IMG/VR virus record: IMGVR_UViG_3300036863_000181
Location: 1,951-65,950 of that record
From: a virus
Lineage: Duplodnaviria; Caudoviricetes
Length of the DNA: 64,000 nt
Reading direction: 5' to 3' (one strand)
The translations under genes and the position numbers were made by a program. A model generated the notes under the pieces. The model worked only from the letters and a program-made list of their open reading frames with translations, made no database searches and was not told where the DNA came from. Below, in pieces: positions 1 through 7,954 of the stretch. Numbering within the stretch: the first letter of the stretch is position 1; every line of letters begins with the position of its first letter.

Positions 1-124
1 GAACAAGCTCACTGGCAGCAAATAGCATGCATGCCCGTTGCATCGTTGCAAAATGTTCCGGATTAAAAAAGTTGAATTGTTCTGTTGGCGATGATTGCCT
101 GACTACTGCTTTATCTTCTGACAT
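1..124 (-). CDS. RecT/Bet-like single-strand annealing protein, N-terminus only (runs off window)
   Basis: Manual translation MSEDKAVVRQSSPTEQFNFFNPEHFATMQRACMLFAASELV; resembles RecT-family N-termini and follows the Rad50-like ATPase. Confidence 0.5.
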   Translation of the reverse strand, partial: MSEDKAVVRQSSPTEQFNFFNPEHFATMQRACMLFAASELV

Positions 125-153
125 AAAAAATTTTTAAATATTAATGAATAAGG

Positions 154-2193
154 TTAAGCCACTGCCTCCATTGCCGACTGTACTCTGAGCTTTTTGGCAC
201 CTGGAAAAACCACCAGGCGAATTACCTGGGCATCAATTGGCAGAAGTTTGATCACGCTCTCTGCATTGTCAATGAATACCGGCGCCTGGACCTTATGATA
301 TTCCTGAAGTACACGGATGATATCTAAACCTGCATTGATCCTTGCAGCATTGTTGGCATCTGCGTATGGAACGCCATCAATCAAAGTCAGGCAGGTAGGA
401 ACTTCGCCGCCATTTATCTGAGTTTCGAACATTTTAAATTTTACATATTTGAACATGGAATTAACCCGGGTTTCCAGCTCATCCATCTTCGCTTTTTCAA
501 ACCTGAGGATCGTGAATTCAATTGCTTCGATGTCCGATATCTGCTGAGCAAATTCCTTTTCCTGTCGATCCAGCTCTTCAATACGTTCTTCCTGTTGCTT
601 GCGCAGATCCTTTGTCGCCAGCTGCTTTTTCAGGACATCGATTTCAGCAGTGATCGCAGTTTTCTTTTCCTTCAGTTCAGTTGTAAGTTTGGTAGACGGT
701 TTATCCATATGATCGATCTCCACCTGGATTGTAGCCATCTTGGTTTTAAGCTCATTGATCTTTTCATTGGTAGCAATGGCCGTTGATATCTGAGAAGCTT
801 CGCTGTCATTGAGTAGAGAATGCGTTTGTTCCAACTGAGCAATGCTATTGGTAAGTGCAGCAATCTTGTTTTGATCATCGTCCGTAGTCCCCAATTCAGC
901 AAGTTTTGTTTTCAGGTCAATGATCTTAATTTTAATATTTGAACCATTGGTATTAATGTCATTTAACCTGGTTGTCTTCGCTGAATTGAAAGTCTTTTCT
1001 TTGGCCGCTTTGCTATCGTCAAAATTCTTTTGTAGCGTAGTACGGCGATTGTCTATAGTATCCGCTGGCAAATGTTGTTTGCAGGTAGGACAAATGCTTT
1101 CATTTTCATCGAAAGTAAATTCGTCTGTGAACTCAAATACCCGAGAGTTTTCCTTATGCCATTCTGTGCGAAGGGCTGTTGCCTGATTTTCAAGCGATTC
1201 AATTTCTCCTTTGATCCTGTTCAGTTGATTGGCCCGGCTACTGGTTTCATCCTGCAACGTTCGGAGGTCGGATTTCTTTTGCTGAATAAAAAGTTCCCGG
1301 TTCTGCCTGGCTGTATTGATCTCTTTCTGCAAATCAAAAGTGATCTGATTAATTTCAGTATGCCAGCCATGGACTTTATTAATCTTTTCAGCAACCAGTT
1401 TATTATTGTCCCTTGCGGCCTGCGCCTCATTTTCAATACCAGTTTCTACAGTAAGCAATTCGGCCTGTTTTGCAGTTAGTGCCTTTTCAAAAACCGAATA
1501 TTCAATTTCTTCAGGGAAAGCACGCTTAGCCTCCTGAATACGAGTGGGAATTTGCTCAATCTGATCCTTTAACTTTTTCTTACGTGCGGATTGCAAAGTT
1601 TTATATTCGGCGAATGTCTTTCCTGAAATATCTTTCAGCAGCTTTTCAAAATCAGTATCGCCTTCAGCAACTTCAGTATCACTAATATTTCCGGCGATCG
1701 ATTCCAGTACTTTGCGACGCTCCTGCCAGTTCAGAGAATTGAAATAGGCAGTGTTTGTAATCAACTTAAAAAGTGTTTCATCAACAAGACCCGATATCTT
1801 TCCATGGTATTCTTTCTGCTGCATCGGTACGTCATTCCAGTAATATTCGGTTTCATGGCCAGTCATTTCTGATTCGGACTTACCTCGCTGCTTTGTCCAT
1901 TTTTCCCGGTACACGCGGCGAATAACAATTTCTGAACCATCAACATCTAATACAGCCATTACCTCATGATCAAGCTTATGCATTGGCCGGTTCTTACTGT
2001 CAAGTGTCTTTATCTCAAAATCTTTACGGTCCGTGGAGTCCTTACCAAAAAGCAGCCATAAGAAAGCATCAAAAACAGTTGTCTTTCCTGTAGCATTTTC
2101 ACCAAGAATATCTGTGACCGGGTTAAAATCTATTATCAGATTGCTGATGCCCTTGAAGTTGATAAGAGTCATTGCCTTTAACTGAATATTCAT
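154..2193 (-). CDS. Rad50/SbcC-like AAA ATPase (phage recombination ATPase)
   Basis: Walker A GENATGKTT, long coiled coil with central CPTC zinc hook, Walker B VFIDNAES; start moved to MNIQLK (ATG at 2193). Confidence 0.85.
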   Translation of the reverse strand: MNIQLKAMTLINFKGISNLIIDFNPVTDILGENATGKTTVFDAFLWLLFGKDSTDRKDFEIKTLDSKNRPMHKLDHEVMAVLDVDGSEIVIRRVYREKWTKQRGKSESEMTGHETEYYWNDVPMQQKEYHGKISGLVDETLFKLITNTAYFNSLNWQERRKVLESIAGNISDTEVAEGDTDFEKLLKDISGKTFAEYKTLQSARKKKLKDQIEQIPTRIQEAKRAFPEEIEYSVFEKALTAKQAELLTVETGIENEAQAARDNNKLVAEKINKVHGWHTEINQITFDLQKEINTARQNRELFIQQKKSDLRTLQDETSSRANQLNRIKGEIESLENQATALRTEWHKENSRVFEFTDEFTFDENESICPTCKQHLPADTIDNRRTTLQKNFDDSKAAKEKTFNSAKTTRLNDINTNGSNIKIKIIDLKTKLAELGTTDDDQNKIAALTNSIAQLEQTHSLLNDSEASQISTAIATNEKINELKTKMATIQVEIDHMDKPSTKLTTELKEKKTAITAEIDVLKKQLATKDLRKQQEERIEELDRQEKEFAQQISDIEAIEFTILRFEKAKMDELETRVNSMFKYVKFKMFETQINGGEVPTCLTLIDGVPYADANNAARINAGLDIIRVLQEYHKVQAPVFIDNAESVIKLLPIDAQVIRLVVFPGAKKLRVQSAMEAVA

Positions 2194-2271
2194 AACTTTA
2201 TATTGTGTTTGTGAGTTTAAAAGGGGACCCGGCGTTAACCAGGCCCTTGTCATAATAAAAAGAACTCGTTT

Positions 2272-2303
2272 AAAAAAAAGCCGGGGCCGATCTCCCCGGC
2301 TTT
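2272..2303 (-). terminator. Intrinsic terminator-like hairpin
   Basis: AAAGCCGGGG-N-CCCCGGCTTT stem followed by a T8 run on the minus strand. Confidence 0.7.
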
Positions 2304-2483
2304 AACCATTAAACCTTTATTCTATAAAAAACCTAGGGTCTGAACCCTATCCTGAAACGCTTTTTAAAAAGCCTTCCCGTAGAAACGGGCCGGCTCTAAC
2401 GATTGCTTGCCATGTAAAAAAGAGCTATGAAAAAGATCACCGGAACCAACAACCTAAAACTCACTCGGAAGTGGTCCCGGTAA

Positions 2484-2804
2484 TTATTTATGATAAAAAC
2501 TTTCTGTGTCATCCATCTTCTTTTCTATCTCATCCATTGTCCTGGCAAAAAACTTTCCCCTCGAAATCCAGTTTAAGAAAACCTGCACGCTGAATAATAT
2601 GGCAATCGAAAAGTCAACCAAACACCAGCCTATACCAATTGCCCTATGTGCTATTACCTGAAAACCTGATTTAATTTTATGCAACACGCCGAGAAGCTTT
2701 CCGGGTGCCCTCTTATCTATAAGCAACCAGGTGAGCAGCATACAGCCACCGACAAGGGTCAGCCATATAATGAGAAAAACAAGTATCAGGTTAAGTGCTG
2801 CCAT
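2484..2804 (-). CDS. Small membrane protein
   Basis: 106-aa ORF with two hydrophobic segments. Confidence 0.7.
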   Translation of the reverse strand: MAALNLILVFLIIWLTLVGGCMLLTWLLIDKRAPGKLLGVLHKIKSGFQVIAHRAIGIGWCLVDFSIAILFSVQVFLNWISRGKFFARTMDEIEKKMDDTESFYHK

Positions 2805-2883
2805 AACATTGTTTAAGTTTGATCACTGCTACAATTGCGCATAGCGCGGCTATGCAGGAGAGCACGAATAGGATGAGTATCAT
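2791..2883 (-). CDS. 30-aa hydrophobic peptide (not in ORF track)
   Basis: MILILFVLSCIAALCAIVAVIKLKQCYGST*; overlaps the start of the next gene and begins 21 nt after the hammerhead cleavage site. Confidence 0.55.
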   Translation of the reverse strand: MILILFVLSCIAALCAIVAVIKLKQCYGST

Positions 2884-2898
2884 TGGTAATGGATTTTT

Positions 2899-2968
2899 GG
2901 CTAAGACAACCCCACAAGACTTTCACTTGCCGGGAGTGTTTCGGGTATTCAACCCTCATCAGTTAGCC
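2899..2968 (-). ncRNA. Hammerhead ribozyme, type I
   Basis: Stem I GGCUAA/UUAGCC (6 bp), core CUGAUGA, stem II GGGU-UGAAU-ACCC, GAAA, stem III ACA/UGU extended by CUCC/GGGG and CAAG/CUUG, GUC cleavage triplet (cut between 2905 and 2904). Confidence 0.9.
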
Positions 2969-3080
2969 TAACACTGCTTTATTCAGCTCTCGTTCCTCTC
3001 CAATCGCCATCGCCTACTTAAAATTTGAAGACTTATTTCAAACTAAGTCTGGGTCAGACCGCTTGACTAATACACTTTCC

Positions 3081-3128
3081 AAAAAATGCAGCCGCTGGTA
3101 CGGATTACCTGACGGCTGCCCAACCGTC
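3081..3128 (-). terminator. Terminator with overlapping alternative (antiterminator-like) hairpin
   Basis: GCAGCCG/CGGCUGC stem plus U6; competing GACGGUU/AGCCGUC hairpin overlapping the upstream ORF stop codon. Confidence 0.55.
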
Positions 3129-3243
3129 ACCTCGAAATAATTTTATTTATATCAGCAAGCCTTGCGGCTAAAATTTCTAATTCTGCGTTTTTAGCATCGT
3201 ATCCGAATAGCATTAGATCAATAATTCTTAATAACTTTTTCAT
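3127..3243 (-). CDS. 38-aa hypothetical peptide (not in ORF track)
   Basis: MKKLLRIIDLMLFGYDAKNAELEILAARLADINKIISR*; tightly packed with neighbours. Confidence 0.55.
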   Translation of the reverse strand: MKKLLRIIDLMLFGYDAKNAELEILAARLADINKIISR

Positions 3244-3252
3244 AGGGTTGTT

Positions 3253-3396
3253 TTATGCTGATTGTTTAGATTTAGGTTTTTTACTCTCTTCCAAATCCCG
3301 TTTTATCCTGTCAGCCAGCGCCCGAACCGCCGGGGTAACTGCTTTGGCTTTTTTAATGCCTTTGCGTATATGTGATATGGATAGTGGATAGGACAT
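3253..3396 (-). CDS. 47-aa basic hypothetical peptide (not in ORF track)
   Basis: MSYPLSISHIRKGIKKAKAVTPAVRALADRIKRDLEESKKPKSKQSA*. Confidence 0.55.
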   Translation of the reverse strand: MSYPLSISHIRKGIKKAKAVTPAVRALADRIKRDLEESKKPKSKQSA

Positions 3397-3399
3397 TGA

Positions 3400-3552
3400 T
3401 TAAAAATTGTGCTCCAGGATAAAGATGTTTGACTGTCCGTTTTCGGAACAGATCACTGAGCAGCAACCTTCCAGGAAGGCAGCGTATATTTTATTATACT
3501 GCTCTGCGGATACTTCTACCGTCAGGCCCTGGTTGTTGATCAGTTTTTTCAT
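3400..3552 (-). CDS. 50-aa hypothetical peptide (not in ORF track)
   Basis: MKKLINNQGLTVEVSAEQYNKIYAAFLEGCCSVICSENGQSNIFILEHNF*. Confidence 0.55.
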   Translation of the reverse strand: MKKLINNQGLTVEVSAEQYNKIYAAFLEGCCSVICSENGQSNIFILEHNF

Positions 3553-3591
3553 ATTCAAGATTTTGATTATTGCAAGAATGAATTTTGCGTA

Positions 3592-3819
3592 TTATTTTGT
3601 GGTTTCGTTGATCTGCTCTTGTTCCAATATTTCCAAATCTGTAAGTCCGGTTTCCTCACGAATTACTCTTATTGCTGCAGCCTTTGTAAGGTTGTCATCA
3701 TTATCATTGATGTACCTGTAAACTGTAGGTTCGCTGACATCAATAGCAACTGCCAGCTTATTTATAATCCCAGGACATGCTCCCCTTACTGCCAGTATCG
3801 CTATTCTTGAAAGCCTCAT
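3592..3819 (-). CDS. Cro-like HTH regulator
   Basis: LAVAIDVSEPTVYRYI HTH; divergent from the repressor-like gene; start at MRLSR. Confidence 0.7.
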   Translation of the reverse strand: MRLSRIAILAVRGACPGIINKLAVAIDVSEPTVYRYINDNDDNLTKAAAIRVIREETGLTDLEILEQEQINETTK

Positions 3820-3861
3820 AATGTGATAATTTTTATTACATTTGATAATCTGATACGAATG

Positions 3862-3922
3862 TATAGAACTTTTGTTGAACAAACAAGTAAATTATAGAAC
3901 TTTTTATAAACTATTTTTGAAC
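3862..3922. promoter_or_regulatory. Putative operator repeats of the lysis/lysogeny switch
   Basis: TATAGAACTTTT at 3862 and 3893; (G/A)AAC recurring with ~11-bp spacing between divergent HTH genes. Confidence 0.5.
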
Positions 3923-3933
3923 TATTGTTGCAA

Positions 3934-4500
3934 ATGTTAACTAAAGAGTTGATTAATAAGTTTTATGAAGATGTTGACAGGCTTGGGCTTAAGCGGCCAG
4001 TAGCCTATATAGCAAAAATGACCACTTTCTCTAAAGGTCAGGTAAGCGATTATTTGAGTAAGAAAAAAGAGCCCAGCGAGAATTTCATTAATACATTCTA
4101 CGAAAAGTTCAAAGAAGGTTTACAAAATGTTCCACGCTCAACCATTTACGATTTGGGCCAAAATATTACAGATAAACAGGCAGTTACCAAAGAAGAATTA
4201 TATGAGCGCCTTTTAGCTGAGAAGGAGATAAGCCGTAAGAGGGCAGAAGAAAAGGAAGATAAATTACTGGCAATAATAAAGGATAATCTTAACCTACTAG
4301 TTGCTAATTCGAATTCAGCTCAAATAACTTTAAGGGCAATTTTAGATGGACAGGACGCGGATGATCTTGTGATAATGGATAACCAGGATGAGCAGATGCA
4401 TCATGAGAAAGGAAGTAGCGCCTTAAAATCGGGCAACATGCAAGTAAACGCTGCGAAGGCACGCCTGAAAAAGGGCAAGCAGAAAAGTGTGCACAAGTAG
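3934..4500 (+). CDS. CI-like repressor (N-terminal HTH, coiled-coil C-terminus)
   Basis: VAYIAKMTTFSKGQVSDYLS HTH; divergent from cro-like gene; near integrase. Confidence 0.7.
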   Translation: MLTKELINKFYEDVDRLGLKRPVAYIAKMTTFSKGQVSDYLSKKKEPSENFINTFYEKFKEGLQNVPRSTIYDLGQNITDKQAVTKEELYERLLAEKEISRKRAEEKEDKLLAIIKDNLNLLVANSNSAQITLRAILDGQDADDLVIMDNQDEQMHHEKGSSALKSGNMQVNAAKARLKKGKQKSVHK

Positions 4501-4550
4501 TGCAGGGATTCGGTTCCATATGTATTATCTCCATTTAAGGGTTAAAGAAA

Positions 4551-4693
4551 GCAGGCTTTCAGTACTGAAGTACGGCCACACAAGGCGTACTTTAACAGAC
4601 CTACGGCCTGCCATGAGATGATATCAGAGCTTTGTGTGTGGCGAATGAAAAAAATGAACAGAAATTGTGTGTGGCTGGAAAAGGATAAAGTTA
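4551..4693 (-). ncRNA. C4/CI-like structured antisense RNA element with two upstream complementary sites
   Basis: Outer stem GCAGGC/GCCUGC, inner hairpin AAAGUACG/CGUACUUC with loop CCUUGUGUGGC complementary to two GCCACACA copies (near 4635-4642 and 4668-4675); TAACTTTA promoter-like box at 4686-4693. Confidence 0.55.
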
Positions 4694-4960
4694 GGGCGTT
4701 AGGTTATTTTTTATTGGGATACCGAACTTACAGGTTTTTTTAATCCAACCCAAATAAATTGATAAATAATTTTATATAAGTACGTTAGAATCAATGCATT
4801 ATTTTTATTTGTTATATAACTTTAATGCTTTAGCCTGGTGTATTTTATAATATCTTTTACCAGCTAACGTTAAATATCAATCTAAACATCCTATAGTGAG
4901 GGAAGTATTTTTTATTGCGAATTATGGATAGGAAACCTGGATTTCTTTAAAAAAATATTT

Positions 4961-5494
4961 ATGAAAGGAAGCACTATCGCAATTATCATTCTTATTCTGA
5001 TAACTATTGGCGTTGTGGTCTGGGTGATTTATAAGCAGAAGGAGCCCACTAAAGATTCTACCGATAAACTCATCGACTCCTTAAGGAAAGCTGAAATGGT
5101 AGATAGCCTGGTTAAAGAGAGAATGACAAAAGCCATGTTTGATACTGTTGGGCTTTCATTGGCACCAGTTAAAATAACAGAGGCGTTTCTTTTTAAAGAA
5201 GAATATTCCAGCTTCAGAAATATTCGAATGGTATGGAAGAATATTTCAAAGAAAAAAATAACAGCAATCAGGTTTAGCTGGTACGGAACGAATGCTTTCG
5301 GCGAACCTGCAGATATGGGCACATCCATAACAAAAGGATTCGGGGGAGGGTATACGGATGAATCTTTAGGCCCTGGTAAAGTCGCTAATGGTATATGGTC
5401 AATACTCAGTCGCGATGGAAAGAAAATAGTATTAGCATGGCCCTATGAAGTCGTATTTGAAGATGGGACAAAATGGAAAACAAGTAGAAATTAA
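4961..5494 (+). CDS. Membrane-anchored extracytoplasmic protein (possible lysogenic conversion or superinfection exclusion)
   Basis: N-terminal TM helix, beta-rich C-terminal domain (NAFGEP motif); located between repressor and integrase. Confidence 0.7.
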   Translation: MKGSTIAIIILILITIGVVVWVIYKQKEPTKDSTDKLIDSLRKAEMVDSLVKERMTKAMFDTVGLSLAPVKITEAFLFKEEYSSFRNIRMVWKNISKKKITAIRFSWYGTNAFGEPADMGTSITKGFGGGYTDESLGPGKVANGIWSILSRDGKKIVLAWPYEVVFEDGTKWKTSRN

Positions 5495-5640
5495 TTTTAT
5501 CCCAACCTTAGCAGAATGCCTTAATATGGTTATAAACGAATCTCCGATCAGGATCAAAAAGCCATTTTATTTAGTAATGGAAATCAATAAAGAAAAGCGG
5601 ATCATATAACCAGGTTTGTTGCTTTGTTTGGATTTGTATT

Positions 5641-5831
5641 CAGGGCCACCAGCGGGGACAAAAAAGCCGTTTTTTGCCGTTTTTGATTAAAATTAAATTA
5701 TTGCCATTCAATGTCATACGATACCAAAAAAGCTGAAATCGGAGTTCGAATCTCCTCTTCCGCACAGCTGAAACCCGCTACCACAGCGGGTTTCGATGTT
5801 AACAGATATATCGGGGACAAACTCAGGGACA
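5641..5831 (+). other. Putative attP: tRNA 3' fragment core flanked by arm-type repeats
   Basis: GGAG-TTCGAAT-CTCC-TCTTCCGCA (5741-5764, T-arm plus acceptor strand); 10-bp hairpin 5770-5794; CRGGG(A/C)CA pairs at 5641/5653 and 5812/5824, each 12 bp apart. Confidence 0.75.
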
Positions 5832-6985
5832 TGAAAAATTATAAGAATATAGAGCTTAAGACCTCGGGCAAAAAATGGTTTGTCAGCTTCTACTTTCTTA
5901 TCCCGGTAAAGCTACGCCCCCTTTATAAGAATAAAATATGGCAGCGTTTTAAGATGTATAAGGACATAAACCGGATAAAGACAATGGAATATGCCTATGA
6001 CCTTAAGGCAGCCGTCACCCTGGCTTTACAGGAAGGATACAACCCGTTTAAATATGTAGAACCTGAACCCGAGGAGCCCTTGCCAAAAGTCTGGACCATT
6101 CAGCAGGGCTTATTTTATTTTCTTCAGGTGTGCCGGGAGAAAGGACTTGAGCAGTCAAGTGTGGATAAATATAAATATTCAATTAATAAACTACTGAGCT
6201 GGGCCAGATCTATGGGCCTGGTTCACGCGGATATAAATATCCTGACTTCAAAACATATTCAGTCCTGTTTGTCGGAAGGAATTTCCAGCGGCTGGTCCAA
6301 TCGTAATTATAACAATATAAAATCTTTCCTTTCTACCTGTTTCATATTCCTGATCAGTAAAAAGATCATGGAGGTAAACCCCTGCGAGGGAATAGAGAAG
6401 AAAAGAACGCTGACTAAAAAACACAAAGCCTATAATAAGAGGAACCTGGAACTGATCATTTCGAAATTAAAAGAACATGATCCTTATATCTATTTCGTGA
6501 GCCGGATAATTTATTACCTCTGTATTCGAAGCAATAAAGAGTTGAAAAATTTAAAGATAAAACACATTGATCCTGAGCGAATGCAGGTGTGGGTAATGGC
6601 CGAAAATGCAAAAACTGACAGAGACAGGACCGTTCCCATGTGCGAAGAAATGTTACGAATCTTTGAAGAGCAGGGATTATTTAAATGCAATCCCGAACAT
6701 TATGTAGTTACCGGGAAAAGTTGTCCGGGGCCAAATCGATTTGGTACAAATTTTTTGTCCAAACGATTCGGTAAAGTAAGAGACGCGGCCGGCATTAGTG
6801 CAGACAGCACGCTATACGCTTTCAAACATACCCGTGTAATTCATTTAAAGCTGGATGGAGCACCGGATCCTGATATCATGGCACTTACTGGTCATACTTC
6901 TTTTCAGGCATATAGTGATTACCTGCGCGACCTGGGCATGGACGTAAATCCCAAAGAGATTAATAAGTATACAAGGACGATGTAG
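5831..6985 (+). CDS. int: Tyrosine integrase
   Basis: IRS...KHTR...GH...Y catalytic residues; probable start MKNYKN at 5831. Confidence 0.92.
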   Translation: MKNYKNIELKTSGKKWFVSFYFLIPVKLRPLYKNKIWQRFKMYKDINRIKTMEYAYDLKAAVTLALQEGYNPFKYVEPEPEEPLPKVWTIQQGLFYFLQVCREKGLEQSSVDKYKYSINKLLSWARSMGLVHADINILTSKHIQSCLSEGISSGWSNRNYNNIKSFLSTCFIFLISKKIMEVNPCEGIEKKRTLTKKHKAYNKRNLELIISKLKEHDPYIYFVSRIIYYLCIRSNKELKNLKIKHIDPERMQVWVMAENAKTDRDRTVPMCEEMLRIFEEQGLFKCNPEHYVVTGKSCPGPNRFGTNFLSKRFGKVRDAAGISADSTLYAFKHTRVIHLKLDGAPDPDIMALTGHTSFQAYSDYLRDLGMDVNPKEINKYTRTM

Positions 6986-7044
6986 AAATGGTTTTCCCGC
7001 TATAAAAAAAGCAAAATGCAATAAACACGCAATCCAATTGCACA

Positions 7045-7328
7045 TAAAAAATCCCGCCCCTGTGAAGTTTGGCTACCGCATTGGGCGGGATGGTGTGAAC
7101 TACGCAATCAGAAGTCTGAACCTACCGGAGGGAGACCGGCAATAAAATGAACCCCAGCTGTTGCCGGGGCCTTGGAGTCGCCATCGTGTTTCCTTTTCAC
7201 AAATATTTTTAAAGTACTAATCAAAGTCTTAACCCCCAATAAAAAACCGCCCCTACCTGCGTTCACGGGGCGGGCTATCTAACCATATACCTAAACCACT
7301 AAACCTTATCCTATGAGAGATCAAAGTA
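7045..7328 (-). other. Non-coding cluster of tandem GC-rich hairpins (sRNA/terminator units)
   Basis: At least four hairpins (ATCCCGCCC/GGGCGGGAT, CCGG/CCGG, CCCC/GGGG, CCGCCCC/GGGGCGG), several with T tracts on the minus strand; no ORF. Confidence 0.5.
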
Positions 7329-7445
7329 CAAAATTTACTTTATAAACCAAAATATGTGTCTCATAAGTACACATAATGTATTAAAACTAAATACTATTCT
7401 TATTTCATTGAAACTCATAACATATCTATTGCCTATCATTGCCTG

Positions 7446-7724
7446 ATGGTAAAGGATAAACGCGCTAAAACGGTAAAGCTGTTAATAGAGCACAATGAAA
7501 TAAAAATATTCTCGCAGATATTTGAGCATATTCCGATCACCATAGTAGCTACAAAGGCGTTAGGAACAAATTATGAACGCCTGACTGACAGGATCAACAA
7601 CCCAGGCAAATTCCGGATGAGTGATATAGTATTATTAGCCGCTTACTTTGAAGTTCAGGAAAGAATAATGATTGATCTGATATACCAGCAATTGCTAATG
7701 AATCGTAGTAAAAAGAAAAAATAA
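7446..7724 (+). CDS. Hypothetical HTH-like protein
   Basis: 92-aa ORF with HTH-like VATKALGTNYERL segment. Confidence 0.65.
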   Translation: MVKDKRAKTVKLLIEHNEIKIFSQIFEHIPITIVATKALGTNYERLTDRINNPGKFRMSDIVLLAAYFEVQERIMIDLIYQQLLMNRSKKKK

Positions 7725-7839
7725 AAAAAGCCCGTCCAGATGGTTGTCCAAATCTGCCGGGCCATTCGCCAGCTCTGAAAGTCAAAGCCACATTTAAGGT
7801 ACTGACAAATTCCACACTGGCTTTATTCCTACAAAATTA
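7723..7839 (-). ncRNA. Candidate ~100-nt small RNA with its own promoter and terminator
   Basis: TTTG-N17-TAATTTTG promoter (7860-7832), long hairpin GCCAG...CUGGC, terminator GCCCG/CGGGC plus U7. Confidence 0.5.
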
Positions 7840-7954
7840 TTTCAAAAAAATCTCTTCAAACGTTTGTTATTAGCAAACATTTACCTACCTTTATGAGGTA
7901 ATAGTTCTTTGAACAAAAAGCGTTGCCGGCGCAATATAAACAGGCACAATCACA

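Noticed and set aside
2935-2976. Type III hammerhead or twister reading of the same region
   Set aside because: Type III leaves no stem I, and the plus-strand GCCTAACACTGC lacks the remaining twister elements; type I fits fully
5741-5764. Complete tRNA gene
   Set aside because: Only the T-arm and 3' acceptor strand are present; no D or anticodon arm upstream
5711-5830. N-terminal 40 aa of the integrase ORF
   Set aside because: Runs through the tRNA-like att core and hairpin; ATG at 5831 is the more plausible start
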